Shown here: piece after piece, positions 30,956-41,752 of the stretch
Layout of the letters: each line of letters starts with the position of its first letter
Numbering within the stretch: position 1 is the stretch's first letter
Notes under the pieces: model-generated
What the model was told of the DNA's origin: nothing
Seen by the model: only the letters and a program-made list of their open reading frames with translations
Database searches by the model: none
Source: an uncultured delta proteobacterium
GTDB taxonomy: Bacteria; Desulfobacterota; Desulfobacteria; Desulfobacterales; JAHEIW01
NCBI GenBank assembly: GCA_963706575.1
Contig: CAVPNL010000001.1
Location: 160,001 to 224,000 of the forward strand
Length of the DNA: 64,000 bases
Direction: 5' to 3'
Translations under genes and position numbers: made by a program

Positions 30956-32341
30956 TCAGGCAAAAAAGCGGCCAAAGATCATGCCGCTGATTGTGGCCAT
31001 TACGACCACCAGGCTAACAAAGGCGATGGTTTTTGTTGTCCCTAAAACACTTCTAATGACGATCATATTCGGCAGGCTGAGGGCGGGACCCGCCAGTAAC
31101 AGGGCCAAAGCCGGCCCCTTGCCCATACCGGCGCCAAGAAGACCCTGTAGAATCGGGATCTCCGTCAATGTGGCAAAGTACATAAATGCACCGGCTACGG
31201 ATGCAAACAGGTTGGCCCACAGCGAGTTGCCTCCCACCAGGCTGTTGACCCAATGAGATGAAATGAGGCCCTGCGATCCGGGTCGTCCGAACAGCAAACC
31301 TGCGGCCAAAACACCGGCAAACAGCAGCGGCATGATCTGTTTGGCAAAGTCCCAGGTTGCAAGAAACCAGTTTTCGGTTTCACCTCTGGTAGAGGTAAGC
31401 AGCACCACCAGCGCGATGATCCCACCAGCAAAGGCGATGAGCGGTTCATGAGGAAAGAGCAGTGCCAGGACCAAAACCGCTGCAACCGCTATGATTAATT
31501 TATACGCTTTAACCTTGAACCAGGTAACAAGCATTATCGCCAGAAGCGTCGCAAAACCCCCGGTTATCAGCCACTTGATGTTGTAAATGCTATGCCAAAG
31601 ACCTGCGGGTTGCACCGGTTTGCCCCAGGTCCCGAAAACAAGGATACCTACCATTGTCGCAAAATAAATAACATTTTGCCACAGGGGTCGCTGCACTTCC
31701 GGCTCGGGCATATAAACAGGGGACTGGGCCTTTGCTTGTTCTTCTTTCCTGAATAAAAGATGCATGAGAAGGCCGATAACGATGCTGAAAACCACCGCCC
31801 CCGCGGCCCTGGCTATTCCGATGGTTACCCCGAGAACGCGGGCGGTAAGCACAATTGCCAGTACATTTACCGCAGGACCGGAGTAGAGAAAAGCGGTCGC
31901 CGGTCCCAATCCGGCCCCTCGCTTCCAGATGCCGGCAAAAAGAGGGAGCACGGTGCAGGAGCAGACTGCTAATATGGTGCCGGAAACCGAGGCCACCCCG
32001 TAAGCCAGAATCTTCTTGGCTCCGGCACCTAAGTATTTAATGACTGCTGCCTGCGATACAAAACAGGCAATCGCGCCCGCAATGAAAAATGCAGGTACCA
32101 GGCAAAGTATCACATGCTCCTGAGCATACCACTTTGCAAGAGCCAAAGATTCCATCAGCGCACCGGTCAAAGGAATGTTCGTGACCGGCAGCCAGAAGAA
32201 TAAAAGAAACCCACCGATGATGATGCCCAGTGGCTTCCAGATGCTCCTCCAGTCCACCTGGCTGGGGGGTGGCGTCTTGGCATGTTCTCCAGTTGCCGCA
32301 GCAATCGTTCGGCCTTCTTCCACAACGGTAACGTTATCCAT
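30956..32341 (-). CDS. DUF318/ArsP-like permease
   Basis: VCSCTVLP, FLYSGPA, YFATLTE, GPALSLP. Confidence 0.88.
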   Translation of the reverse strand: MDNVTVVEEGRTIAAATGEHAKTPPPSQVDWRSIWKPLGIIIGGFLLFFWLPVTNIPLTGALMESLALAKWYAQEHVILCLVPAFFIAGAIACFVSQAAVIKYLGAGAKKILAYGVASVSGTILAVCSCTVLPLFAGIWKRGAGLGPATAFLYSGPAVNVLAIVLTARVLGVTIGIARAAGAVVFSIVIGLLMHLLFRKEEQAKAQSPVYMPEPEVQRPLWQNVIYFATMVGILVFGTWGKPVQPAGLWHSIYNIKWLITGGFATLLAIMLVTWFKVKAYKLIIAVAAVLVLALLFPHEPLIAFAGGIIALVVLLTSTRGETENWFLATWDFAKQIMPLLFAGVLAAGLLFGRPGSQGLISSHWVNSLVGGNSLWANLFASVAGAFMYFATLTEIPILQGLLGAGMGKGPALALLLAGPALSLPNMIVIRSVLGTTKTIAFVSLVVVMATISGMIFGRFFA

Positions 32342-32464
32342 TACGCTTCTGCTCCTGATGCCTGCATATATTCAAAAAACCTTTTGGCGGTCTTATAATT
32401 CATTCAGAGAAATATTGGCTGCTCCGTAAAATAGCTATATACTTATTTAAGCATATAATTAAAA

Positions 32465-32809
32465 TTATAGCTTACACAGTTCTGCACGGTTTAAAAAGGG
32501 TACTTTTTCAATGAGTCTTGACACTTCCGGATCATCATCCAGCCAATGCTTAAGATTGCCTAAAAGGCTGGCCGCATAAGGGCTGGCTTTGCCATCCGCC
32601 AGATAATAATTTACCCACAGCCCTTCTTTTTTGTAGTCAACCAGACCGGCTTCTTCCAGCATTTTAAGCGCTTTTGAAACACTGGGCTGTGATATCTGCA
32701 GGGCACCCTGCAATTCACACACACACATGGTTTTCTGCTGCAACAGTTTTAATATCTTGACCCGATTGGGATCTGACAGGGCTTTCATTACTTTAATAAA
32801 AACTCTCAT
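32465..32809 (-). CDS. arsR: ArsR/SmtB transcriptional repressor
   Basis: KALSDPNR, MCVCEL, SQPSVS; SD ggagg; heads the acr3 cluster. Confidence 0.9.
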   Translation of the reverse strand: MRVFIKVMKALSDPNRVKILKLLQQKTMCVCELQGALQISQPSVSKALKMLEEAGLVDYKKEGLWVNYYLADGKASPYAASLLGNLKHWLDDDPEVSRLIEKVPFLNRAELCKL

Positions 32810-33072
32810 ATAACCTCCTATATTCCAAACAGAAGAATATAATAACAACCCTGAAGAAGTCAACAAGAATATTCCAGCGGATAGCATCATGGTTAAGAAA
32901 AACAAAAAGGCGGGGTAAAGCTTTTAAGCATGGCGGTTGTCCGTTGATAAGCTGCCGCTTGGGGATAGGCTGTTAGGTGATGAGGTTATCTGCTGTTGCT
33001 GCTGATAAGGTGCAATTTTTTACAGCGACAGCCGAATTTAACCAATAACAGCTTGGCCGGCTTTCTGCCAAA

Positions 33073-34728
33073 CTACCGGGTTTCTTTCCTGCGCTGTTCC
33101 TCATCACGGATTTCACGTCGGAGCAGTTTGCCGACCTTGGACTTGGGCAGCATGTCTCTGAATTCAATATACTGGGGCACTTTATAAGCAACGAGGCTTT
33201 CGCGGCACCATTTGATCAGCTCATAGCCGGTGATGCCTTTTATATCTTCTTTGAGCACCACATAGGCTTTGATACGTTCACCCACTTTTTCATCCGGCAC
33301 GCCGACAACACAGGCGCCGATGACGGCTGGGTGTTCCTGGAGAGTTGACTCGATTTCAGAGGCGGACACCCGATAGCCCTTGTGTTTGATGGTGTCGACC
33401 GTGCGGTCCACAAAATACAGGTTGCCGTCTGCATCCATGGACATGACGTCAGCGGTGCGGTACCATTTGATGTCGTCTATTTCAATAAAGGATTCAGTTG
33501 TTTCTTCTGGTTTATTCAAGTAATAGATTACCATATGATCAGAGGAAACCAGTAACTCGCCCGAGTCTCCAGTTTTGACCGGTTCAAGGGTTGCCGGATC
33601 CACGATTTTAATTTTTTTGGTTGCCATGATGCGGCCGACGCTTTTGGGTGGGGTTTCGATATCAACCGGGCACATGGAAACCCCGCCGCAGGTTTCGGTG
33701 GCGCCGTATCCCTGACGAATTTTTCTGCCAAATTTATGCTCCCAGCGCCGGCCGATTTCCACCGGCAGCAAATCACCGGCGCTAAACCAGTATTCTACCG
33801 AGCTCAGGTCGTACTGATCGAGGCGATCATGCTCTAAAATCATGCGGTACAGGGTGGGCACACCAATCATGGTTTTGGCCTCGAAGCGCTGTATGGCATC
33901 CAGGGCCGCATCCAGGTTGATTTTCGGTAGCAGAATCAGAGTTCCGCCCACTAAAAGGGTTGCCAGGCCGCAGGTCTGGCCCAGAATGTGAAACAGGGGC
34001 GCATTGCCCAGAATCACATTTTTTTCCGGCGGGAACAGGGACTCACTGACGGTTATCTGTTCCCGTGCTGAAACCAGGAACAGATTATGGGTGAAAGGCA
34101 CGCCTTTGGGAAATTTGGTGGTGCCGCCGGTGTAAAGAATTTCAGCAATTTCATTTCCATTGGGCTCGACAGTCGGCTGATTTTGCAGTGAATTACGGTA
34201 TTGGGCCAGCAGCTTGCGAAAGGAAAAAGTGTTTTCGTCCAGGGCAATTTTTCCCCGGGGGATGACATCGAACAGATAGCCAAAACCGCGTTTCCACCAG
34301 GGCAGTAAATCGGCCATTTTGGTGACGATTACCTTTTTAAGCTGTGTTTCCGGCAGCACGCTGGTGACATAGCCAAAATTGGTGTCAGCGCAGACGATGG
34401 CCTCAGCCCCGCTATCGTTGGCGATATACTTGAGATCATGGGGGGTGTAGATCGGTGTAATCGGTACGCTGACACCGCCCATTTTTTGAATCCCCAGCCA
34501 GGCCACCACCCACTGGATGCTGTTGGGGATATAAATGATGATTTTCTGTCCGGCCTTAATCCCCATATCCGTTAAGGCAGCGGCAAAACAACCGGCCATG
34601 TTTTTTATTTCCCCATAGGAAAACCGGGAGCCCAGGTAAACCACAGCCGTATTCTGTTTGCGGCGCTCGGCGGTGTTTGCAAAGGTCGAATAAATGGTAT
34701 TTTCAGTATGTTTTTCCATGGGCAACAT
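33073..34728 (-). CDS. Acyl-CoA synthetase (AMP-forming)
   Basis: YTGGTTKFPKG, GYGATE, PKSKVGKLLR. Confidence 0.92.
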   Translation of the reverse strand: MLPMEKHTENTIYSTFANTAERRKQNTAVVYLGSRFSYGEIKNMAGCFAAALTDMGIKAGQKIIIYIPNSIQWVVAWLGIQKMGGVSVPITPIYTPHDLKYIANDSGAEAIVCADTNFGYVTSVLPETQLKKVIVTKMADLLPWWKRGFGYLFDVIPRGKIALDENTFSFRKLLAQYRNSLQNQPTVEPNGNEIAEILYTGGTTKFPKGVPFTHNLFLVSAREQITVSESLFPPEKNVILGNAPLFHILGQTCGLATLLVGGTLILLPKINLDAALDAIQRFEAKTMIGVPTLYRMILEHDRLDQYDLSSVEYWFSAGDLLPVEIGRRWEHKFGRKIRQGYGATETCGGVSMCPVDIETPPKSVGRIMATKKIKIVDPATLEPVKTGDSGELLVSSDHMVIYYLNKPEETTESFIEIDDIKWYRTADVMSMDADGNLYFVDRTVDTIKHKGYRVSASEIESTLQEHPAVIGACVVGVPDEKVGERIKAYVVLKEDIKGITGYELIKWCRESLVAYKVPQYIEFRDMLPKSKVGKLLRREIRDEEQRRKETR

Positions 34729-35474
34729 CAAATTCCGAAATAGGCAGCTTTGACTTCGGGATTATCCATCAGTTCGGTGCCGGTGCCCGATAATGCCAGC
34801 ATGCCGTTTTCAATCACATAGCCTCTGTCAATAAACGGCAGTATTGGTCGTGCAAACTGTTCGGTGATCAAAATGGTGATGCCCGAATCTTTTTTCAGAT
34901 TTTTAATGGCGTCAACCAGTGTGGTCTGCATCATGGGGCTGAGCCCCAGCAGCGGTTCATCCAGCAGCAGCAAGGTCGGTTGCAGGATTAGTGTCATCCC
35001 GATGGCCAGCATTTGCTGCTCGCCGCCGCTTAAAAACCCGGCTTTGCGCTGTTTTAAATTCACCAGAGCCGGAAAAAGGGAATAAACATAGTGCATGCGA
35101 TCCTTTAAAGCTGATTTTTTTACCTGATGCCCGGCGATCTTTAAATTTTCAACCACGTCGCTCTCAGGGAAAATCGGGTGCCGTTCTCTGGATAGAACCA
35201 GCCCTTTTCTTACGCGCTCAAAGGGTTCGGTTTTGGTGATATCTTCACCATTAAATATAATTTCTCCATATATGGTGATCCTTTCACCGCCTTTGCGCTG
35301 TTCCTTGATTTTCATATCGATGATAAGACCTGATATGGTGTTCATCAGGGTGGTTTTGCCGGCGCTATTCGAGCCAATAACCCCGATAATTTCCCCCTGA
35401 TTGACCTCCATCGAGAAATCATTCAAGGCCAGGGCGTTTTCAAAGAAAACCATCAAATTTTTAACTTCCAGCAC
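34728..35474 (-). CDS. Branched-chain-type ABC ATPase (LivF-like)
   Basis: GSNSAGKT, LSGGEQQ, LDEP. Confidence 0.92.
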   Translation of the reverse strand: MLEVKNLMVFFENALALNDFSMEVNQGEIIGVIGSNSAGKTTLMNTISGLIIDMKIKEQRKGGERITIYGEIIFNGEDITKTEPFERVRKGLVLSRERHPIFPESDVVENLKIAGHQVKKSALKDRMHYVYSLFPALVNLKQRKAGFLSGGEQQMLAIGMTLILQPTLLLLDEPLLGLSPMMQTTLVDAIKNLKKDSGITILITEQFARPILPFIDRGYVIENGMLALSGTGTELMDNPEVKAAYFGI

Positions 35475-35626
35475 GTCTTTCCTACCTTAATATAAGGGTT
35501 GATAAGAATTCCTAGCTGAAAATAGACTTCAAGTCTCAACTATTCTTCTTTGGTTAACGGCTTTTGGCCATTGGTTTCTGGCTACTGGCAATCTGCAATC
35601 CGAAATCCGCATTCCGCAATCGACTC

Positions 35627-36376
35627 TTACTCGCTGCCCAGATAAGCATTTTTTACTTCTTGACTTTCCATGACATCTGTTGCCTGCCCATCAGCAATTT
35701 TTTGCCCATAGTTAAGGGCAATTATCCGATCGGCAATTCTGAAGAGCTCCTTTAAACGGTGTTCGATCATAATGATGGTTTTTCCCTGTTGCCGCAGTTT
35801 TTCAATGATGGGAACAATACTGGCGACTTCTGCCAGACTCAGTCCTGAAAAGAGCTCATCTAGGATGATCAAATCCGGCTGCAGCGCAATGGCTTTTGCC
35901 AATTCCAGCCGTTTCAGATAGCCCTGTGGCAATACACTGGCACTTTTGTAGGCCACGAAGGCATCGCGTTCAAAGCCCACTTCTTCCAGAAGGTCCAGGG
36001 CCACCGCATTGCGGTCACCATATTTTCCACCGACCATTTCTTTGACTCGTGGTGAATATAGCGGAATGATCATGTTCTTATAGGCCGGAAGCTGGTAAAA
36101 TGGCTTTACCATCTGGAAGGTTCGGGCGATCCCAAGACGAACAATTTTATAGGGCGGCCAGCCGGTTATATTTTTACCGCGGTATTGGACCTTGCCCTCG
36201 GTCGGTTTAACAAAGCCGGTGATCAGATTGACGGCGGTGGTCTTCCCAGATCCATTCGGTCCGATCATTCCCAGAAGTTCACCTTCGGCAATCTCAAAAT
36301 TCAAATCTGAGATGGCTTGAACGCCACCAAAGTTTTTATAGAGCCCGGAAACACCTAGCAGGGAAGAAGAAACCAT
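35627..36376 (-). CDS. Branched-chain-type ABC ATPase (LivG-like)
   Basis: GPNGSGKT, ARTFQ, IEH. Confidence 0.92.
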   Translation of the reverse strand: MVSSSLLGVSGLYKNFGGVQAISDLNFEIAEGELLGMIGPNGSGKTTAVNLITGFVKPTEGKVQYRGKNITGWPPYKIVRLGIARTFQMVKPFYQLPAYKNMIIPLYSPRVKEMVGGKYGDRNAVALDLLEEVGFERDAFVAYKSASVLPQGYLKRLELAKAIALQPDLIILDELFSGLSLAEVASIVPIIEKLRQQGKTIIMIEHRLKELFRIADRIIALNYGQKIADGQATDVMESQEVKNAYLGSE

Positions 36377-37377
36377 CACTTGACCTCCACCCAGCGTTCA
36401 AATTGATGGTATTTGCGCTGAATATAGTGGAAAATGCCCTCCGGTACGGCGACCGTAAATACAACCAGAAACAGGCCGTAAAAAACGATTCGAAGCCCGC
36501 CGAGACCACGTAATATTTCTGAAAGCGGCACTAGAATAAAGGCGCCGAGCATTGATCCGGCCAATGTTCCCATACCGCCGACCACTGCCGCGGCAATCGG
36601 CAGAATGGAATAATCCAGCGCGTACACCGGCATGCCCACAAACATATAGACATGGGTCACAAAGGCTCCAGCAAAAGCACCGATTGCACTGGCAATAAAT
36701 AAGGCCTGGGTTTTAAACCAGTAAATATTAATGCCGGCGTTCATGACCGAACGGTCATTGTCGTTGATACCCTTGAGCACCAAACCGTAATCTGAATTCA
36801 TCAGGCGTCGGAATCCAAACAGGGCCGCCAGCAGGGCGGCAATAATGACATACATTTCGACCCATCTGTTCGGAAGGGGATCCAATCCGCTGAGACCTTC
36901 GGTGCCTCCAAAAATACGTGTGGCTTCAATGATTCGGACGAGCATCAGCGGCAGCACCAGGGTGACCATTGAAAAATAGATTCCGCGCAAGCGTAAAACA
37001 GGCAGAAGAAACAGCGTGCAAAGCACCCCCCCAAAAATAGTTGCCAGTGGAAGGGTTACATAGGGGGGCCAACCAAAATAGTGATTCATATTTCCGGCAA
37101 GGTAGGCACCGGTTCCGAAGAAAAGTGCCTGGCCCAGGGAAACCATACCGCTTTGGGCCAGAATATCCCAGCTAATTGCCAGCAGGGCAAAGACGGATAC
37201 GGAAAGTAAAACACGCTGCCAATATTGGCTGAGAAGAATTGACAATAATAATAAACCGAAGATAGGCAGCAGCCGTGGGGCGGATAAATAAAGCATTTCG
37301 CGCCAGGAGGACAGGGCAAATATATCGCTGGATCTGACTTTGATGCCACGGTCTACACGTTCTTTACGCCTTTGCAA
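36376..37377 (-). CDS. Branched-chain-type ABC permease (LivM-like)
   Basis: SLGQALFFG, LRLRGIYF, VGGMGT. Confidence 0.9.
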   Translation of the reverse strand: MQRRKERVDRGIKVRSSDIFALSSWREMLYLSAPRLLPIFGLLLLSILLSQYWQRVLLSVSVFALLAISWDILAQSGMVSLGQALFFGTGAYLAGNMNHYFGWPPYVTLPLATIFGGVLCTLFLLPVLRLRGIYFSMVTLVLPLMLVRIIEATRIFGGTEGLSGLDPLPNRWVEMYVIIAALLAALFGFRRLMNSDYGLVLKGINDNDRSVMNAGINIYWFKTQALFIASAIGAFAGAFVTHVYMFVGMPVYALDYSILPIAAAVVGGMGTLAGSMLGAFILVPLSEILRGLGGLRIVFYGLFLVVFTVAVPEGIFHYIQRKYHQFERWVEVK

Positions 37378-37380
37378 CGG

Positions 37381-38253
37381 TCAAATCCTTTCTTCCAATT
37401 CCTTTTGTTCACCAAATAAACCGGATGGCTTAATGACGAGTATGACGAGAATGGCAATTAGCGGCACCAGCATTACCCAGTGGCTTTCCAGATAAGTAAC
37501 CGTGAAGGTTTGTCCGTATCCAATCAAAAAGGAGGCGAGTACCAATCCGCCCGTGGAGCCCAACCCGCCCACAATGCATACCGCCAATGCATTGATCAGA
37601 ACACTGTATCCCTGCTCGACGTTGATTGTTCCCAGGGGCAGCACAAAAATGGCGGCAATTGCCGCGTAAGCACCGCCAAAAGAAACACTGAGCATTGCAA
37701 CCTGATCCGTGTTTATCCCCAGGCTGAGGGCTGTGCGTTCCTCCTGAGCGATTCCTCTGAAGCGCAGGCCGGTACGGGTGTGGTGGGTAAAAAACCAGAT
37801 AAAACCGGCCATGGCAATGCCGATTAGCACGATGATAATCCGCTGTATATCGATAGTCACCTCACCGATGTCAATACTGGCATCGACAAAAACCGGCAGA
37901 GAATATTCAAAGCCGATAAAACCCATATATTTAAAGAGCTCCAGTAAAGCCAGCCCGATCCCGAAGGTGGCGATAACCTCTGATAATACCAATCCCCGAA
38001 TTCGCAGCAGAACAAATCGATACATCAGAGCCCCGGCAATGGCGGTTATGGCAACCGCTGACACAACCGCAAAGAAATAAGGCAGACCGATCGAATTTAA
38101 AAAGACCCAGCATACTAATGCACCCATAATATATAGGGCGCCGTAGGCAAAATTGGCGATCCCGCTGATCCCAAAGGTGAGGTTAAATCCCAGGGCCACC
38201 AAAACCAGTATGATACTGTTTACAAAGCCGTAGACTAAGGTGTGGGCAAACAT
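37381..38253 (-). CDS. Branched-chain-type ABC permease (LivH-like)
   Basis: ANFAYG, VGGLGS, KPSGLFG. Confidence 0.9.
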   Translation of the reverse strand: MFAHTLVYGFVNSIILVLVALGFNLTFGISGIANFAYGALYIMGALVCWVFLNSIGLPYFFAVVSAVAITAIAGALMYRFVLLRIRGLVLSEVIATFGIGLALLELFKYMGFIGFEYSLPVFVDASIDIGEVTIDIQRIIIVLIGIAMAGFIWFFTHHTRTGLRFRGIAQEERTALSLGINTDQVAMLSVSFGGAYAAIAAIFVLPLGTINVEQGYSVLINALAVCIVGGLGSTGGLVLASFLIGYGQTFTVTYLESHWVMLVPLIAILVILVIKPSGLFGEQKELEERI

Positions 38254-38467
38254 GGATAATAATTTACCGTAAGTTTAAATCCTGTGGATCTGCAAAAACA
38301 ATTGGATGCAGCCCAGGGACACCGACTTGTGGCTGCAATGGTTATATAATTGATACTCGCGAGGCCAGAGTTCAGAAAAACCCGCCCGCCTTACCTGAGA
38401 TTGCCAAGGCGGGCAGGTAGGATTGCATATTTTTTTGTTTTTTGCTTATGCCTTAATAAGGATATTA

Positions 38468-39739
38468 TTATCTTTTGACCCAGGGCGGCAGAACGATTGG
38501 ACCATCAGCCAGGCTTGCAGGATATACTATCTTTCTTTTGCCGTCTTCAGTCCATTGAAAAAAGGCCCCAACCGCGGTTTGCGCCGGGTCGGTGCCGTAA
38601 ATGACCTGATGGCCTGCGTCAAACTTGATCCGGCCCATTACGCCCTGCTTGTCGGTTTTTTCAATTTCGGCTACGATGGCATCCGGGTCCAGTGAACCTG
38701 CTCGTTCGATGGCTTCTTTCAAGATATATACCGATTCATAAGCGGGCGCCGGACCATGGCCGGACTGAATTCCTTTTCCGTAAGCTTTTTTGTACTTATT
38801 GTAAAAGTTTTTGGACGGAGCGTATTTTGCTGCGGGTACGTTACCCAGCTCAAAGGTGGCATTCATCAATCCACCGATTTTGCCCTTAAAGGTCTTCCAG
38901 GCGACTTCACCGGCCATCGGTGAGATAAACCCGGCGATTAGCCCCGGTACCTTGATGCTTTTCCACTGGTTGACAAGGACACCGCTTTCAGGATTATCAA
39001 AACAGGCAAAAATTACGCCGGCTTTCTTTGCTTTGGCTTTCATTAAGGCCGAAGAGAAATCGGAAAATCCGGTGGGAAATTGATCATGACCCACCACTTC
39101 ATAACCTAAAGACGGATAAACCTTTTTCGCCATAGCCCCTGCGGTACCCCGCGCCCAGGCCACATCCTGGTTCATGATATAAACCTTATCAAAACCAAAA
39201 TCCTTTTTCAGCGTCGCCATCGTGCCGCCCAAAAGTTTCGCCCAGTAAATCACATTCATGGAAACTCTGAAGACATATTTGTATTTTTCAGGATCTTTTT
39301 TAATTTTAGCCTCCGTGCCGGGACTCATTGCGATGGTGCCCAGCATGGGCATCTTGTACTTGGCAAAAATATCCATGCCTGCCAGCAAGGCCTCGGAGCG
39401 GAAAGGTCCGACCACAATGGCTGTCGGCTTTTTCTCTAAGATTAGCTTTTCAATCCCCAATAAGGCTTCCGGAACCGGTACACCGGCTGCTGCATCGCGC
39501 AGGTCGGCAGCGACGACCTCGAATGGTCTTTTGGTGCCGCCGACATTAACACCGCCTTTGGCATTAATCTCACCGACTGCCAATTGAACCGCTTTGTGGG
39601 ATTCTTTGCCTTCCAGAAAACCCAAGGAAGTAGGAACACCAATAACAATTGGCTCGGCTGCAAAGACAGCGGGTACGGGTATCGTCCAGGCAAATACAGC
39701 TACCAGCGCAAGACAGAACAGGACTATTTTTCGATTCAT
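38468..39739 (-). CDS. ABC substrate-binding protein (LivK-like fold)
   Basis: Signal peptide from MNRKIV, EINAKGGV; SD aggagg. Confidence 0.9.
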   Translation of the reverse strand: MNRKIVLFCLALVAVFAWTIPVPAVFAAEPIVIGVPTSLGFLEGKESHKAVQLAVGEINAKGGVNVGGTKRPFEVVAADLRDAAAGVPVPEALLGIEKLILEKKPTAIVVGPFRSEALLAGMDIFAKYKMPMLGTIAMSPGTEAKIKKDPEKYKYVFRVSMNVIYWAKLLGGTMATLKKDFGFDKVYIMNQDVAWARGTAGAMAKKVYPSLGYEVVGHDQFPTGFSDFSSALMKAKAKKAGVIFACFDNPESGVLVNQWKSIKVPGLIAGFISPMAGEVAWKTFKGKIGGLMNATFELGNVPAAKYAPSKNFYNKYKKAYGKGIQSGHGPAPAYESVYILKEAIERAGSLDPDAIVAEIEKTDKQGVMGRIKFDAGHQVIYGTDPAQTAVGAFFQWTEDGKRKIVYPASLADGPIVLPPWVKR

Positions 39740-40131
39740 GAGAGGCCTCCTTTTTTTGTCGGCTTCCTCCCGGGTTGTCCGGGAGAAGGCGAGTTGATGC
39801 ATTTGGTTTGAATACGATGCTGCGGGTATCTGCTACCAGGGGGGTGGTGTTGGCAACAACCCGCGCGGTTGTTGGATAAAAAACACCCTTGCTAAGAAGC
39901 AAGTTAACGAATGTGAGTAGCTATGAAATAGCTACTGTGTGGTAGCTATATGAACCTTGCCGGGTTGTCAAGGAATTTGTTGATGGCTTATTAGCGATTG
40001 GTGAACTCTATTACCATTCTGAAATCGGCGGTATAGGTGGCAACTGGCTGCTGATGTCTTATTGTCTGTTATGAAGGCCGTAACTTTTTGTTAGTTCATT
40101 TTTAATTTTCGCTCATTATAGGCGTAAAAAA

Positions 40132-40147
40132 GTTCATTATAGTGAAC
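40132..40147. promoter_or_regulatory. Palindromic operator variant GTTCAT-N4-GTGAAC
   Basis: gttcattatagtgaac. Confidence 0.6.
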
Positions 40148-40218
40148 GTGATGTTTCTGGAAATTGGGGTTCAACGCCTAAGTTGCATCGAATAATTCCG
40201 TATTATTCAAAAATTAAC

Positions 40219-40276
40219 TTGACAAAGCGGCTTTAACTGATAGGATACCAGACTCTAAGCGTTCATATAGATGAAC
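40219..40276 (+). promoter_or_regulatory. Sigma70-like promoter with downstream operator GTTCAT-N4-ATGAAC
   Basis: TTGACA-N16-TAGGAT; gttcatatagatgaac at 40261-40276. Confidence 0.7.
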
Positions 40277-40347
40277 AACTTGACCGGGAAATCTGCTTTA
40301 AAGGACCCTGCACTGAAACTTCTAGTACGATTCGATATCAAGGATAA

Positions 40348-40827
40348 ATGATGGATAAGAAAATATTGACGGTTGATCCGGAAAAATGTACGGGCTGCCG
40401 CAATTGTGAACTCGTTTGTTCGGTTATGCATAACGGGGTCAGCAACCCTTCTTTAGCCCGTATTCAGGTTGTCAAATGGGAAGATATCGGCGTTTATATA
40501 CCCATGAGCTGTCAGCAGTGTGAAGATGCGCCTTGCATGGCGGTGTGTCCCAAAGAGGCCATTTACCGCGACGAAGAACTGGAACGCATCCGTATTAACC
40601 ACGAGCTGTGCATCGGCTGCAAGATGTGCGTCGCTGTCTGTCCATTCGGCGCGGCCAAGTGGGATTCGAAGCGCGGCCGTGTGTTCAAGTGCAATCTGTG
40701 TCATGGAGATCCGCAATGCGTGCGCTTCTGCTACACCAAGGCGGTCGATTATTTGGAAGCAGGCAGGCTGAGCACCGATCGCATGCGGCAGGCTGCCGGA
40801 AATTTTGCTAAAGCAACACGCCGTTAA
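40348..40827 (+). CDS. 4Fe-4S dicluster protein (AOR small-subunit type)
   Basis: Four Cys clusters; paralog of 47463-47960. Confidence 0.9.
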   Translation: MMDKKILTVDPEKCTGCRNCELVCSVMHNGVSNPSLARIQVVKWEDIGVYIPMSCQQCEDAPCMAVCPKEAIYRDEELERIRINHELCIGCKMCVAVCPFGAAKWDSKRGRVFKCNLCHGDPQCVRFCYTKAVDYLEAGRLSTDRMRQAAGNFAKATRR

Positions 40828-40912
40828 GTACAAAACCCAGTTTACTTTAACTTAAGTTACTTCGAGCTTTAGTTCACTTTAATCACTTTTTGCATTATTG
40901 GAGGTACTCAGT

Positions 40913-41200
40913 TTGAAAATACTGGTAGAATCCCTCGGACTTCCGACACTGTCAAAATTAATCGGCAAAAAAACTGAAATGGAGATGGCTGACGGGACGG
41001 TGGCGGACCTGATTGCGCATATTGTGAGTCGAAGCGGCAAGGAGGCGCGCAAAATCCTGCTGGACCACACCGGGGAACTGGATATGACGATCCAGGTGAT
41101 GCTCAATGAAGAAGGATTTGTGCCAAGAAACGAGTTGGCGCAGCGAGCCCTCAAAGACGGTGATACGGTTAAGATTATGTTGCTCGTGGGTGGCGGATAA
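40913..41200 (+). CDS. MoaD/ThiS family protein
   Basis: C-terminal VGGG; TTG start after ggagg. Confidence 0.82.
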   Translation: MKILVESLGLPTLSKLIGKKTEMEMADGTVADLIAHIVSRSGKEARKILLDHTGELDMTIQVMLNEEGFVPRNELAQRALKDGDTVKIMLLVGGG

Positions 41201-41226
41201 ATCTTCATACCATGAAGGCAAAGGGA

Positions 41227-41336
41227 ATAGCGCATAGCGCATAGTGCATAGAGCATAGCGCATAGGGCAAAGCGTTTTGATTAAGAAAAAGGAGACTCAA
41301 TTTTAACGCTCTGCGCTTTGCGCTTAGCCCTTTGCG
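41227..41336. repeat. Inverted heptamer repeat element
   Basis: (atagNgc)x6 then reverse-oriented cgctctg cgctttg cgcttag ccctttg. Confidence 0.75.
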
Positions 41337-41341
41337 ATATA

Positions 41342-41752
41342 ATGACTCAAGTTATGGACAATAAGAAAATGCCATATTTCCGGGTAAATGAGAACTGTAA
41401 CGGGTGTCTGGCCTGTGTGGAAAATTGCCCGGCAGCGGCATTGGATTCTGTTGATCAAAACGACGGACGGACCCTTAAACACAATATGACCAAGTGCGCC
41501 CGCTGCGGTCAATGCTGGCGGGTCTGCCCCCAGGAAGCCATCGAGTTTCAGCATCTTTTAGCCGGCGAGTGGGATGATGTCATTACGCTTGACCTGATTC
41601 ATTGTCGGGTTTGCGGGGAACCGCTGTATTCAGCGGCTTTTCTTCAAAAAATGGAAGGCCAGCTGGATTTAGCCGGTGAAGCACTCTGCCCGAAGCATCG
41701 GCAAAGTGACGCCGCCTCAAAGCTGCTGCATTCAAAATCGGGGGCCAAATGA
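41342..41752 (+). CDS. 4Fe-4S ferredoxin-like protein
   Basis: Two CxxCxxCxxxCP motifs plus CRVC...CPKH; start uncertain. Confidence 0.82.
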   Translation: MTQVMDNKKMPYFRVNENCNGCLACVENCPAAALDSVDQNDGRTLKHNMTKCARCGQCWRVCPQEAIEFQHLLAGEWDDVITLDLIHCRVCGEPLYSAAFLQKMEGQLDLAGEALCPKHRQSDAASKLLHSKSGAK

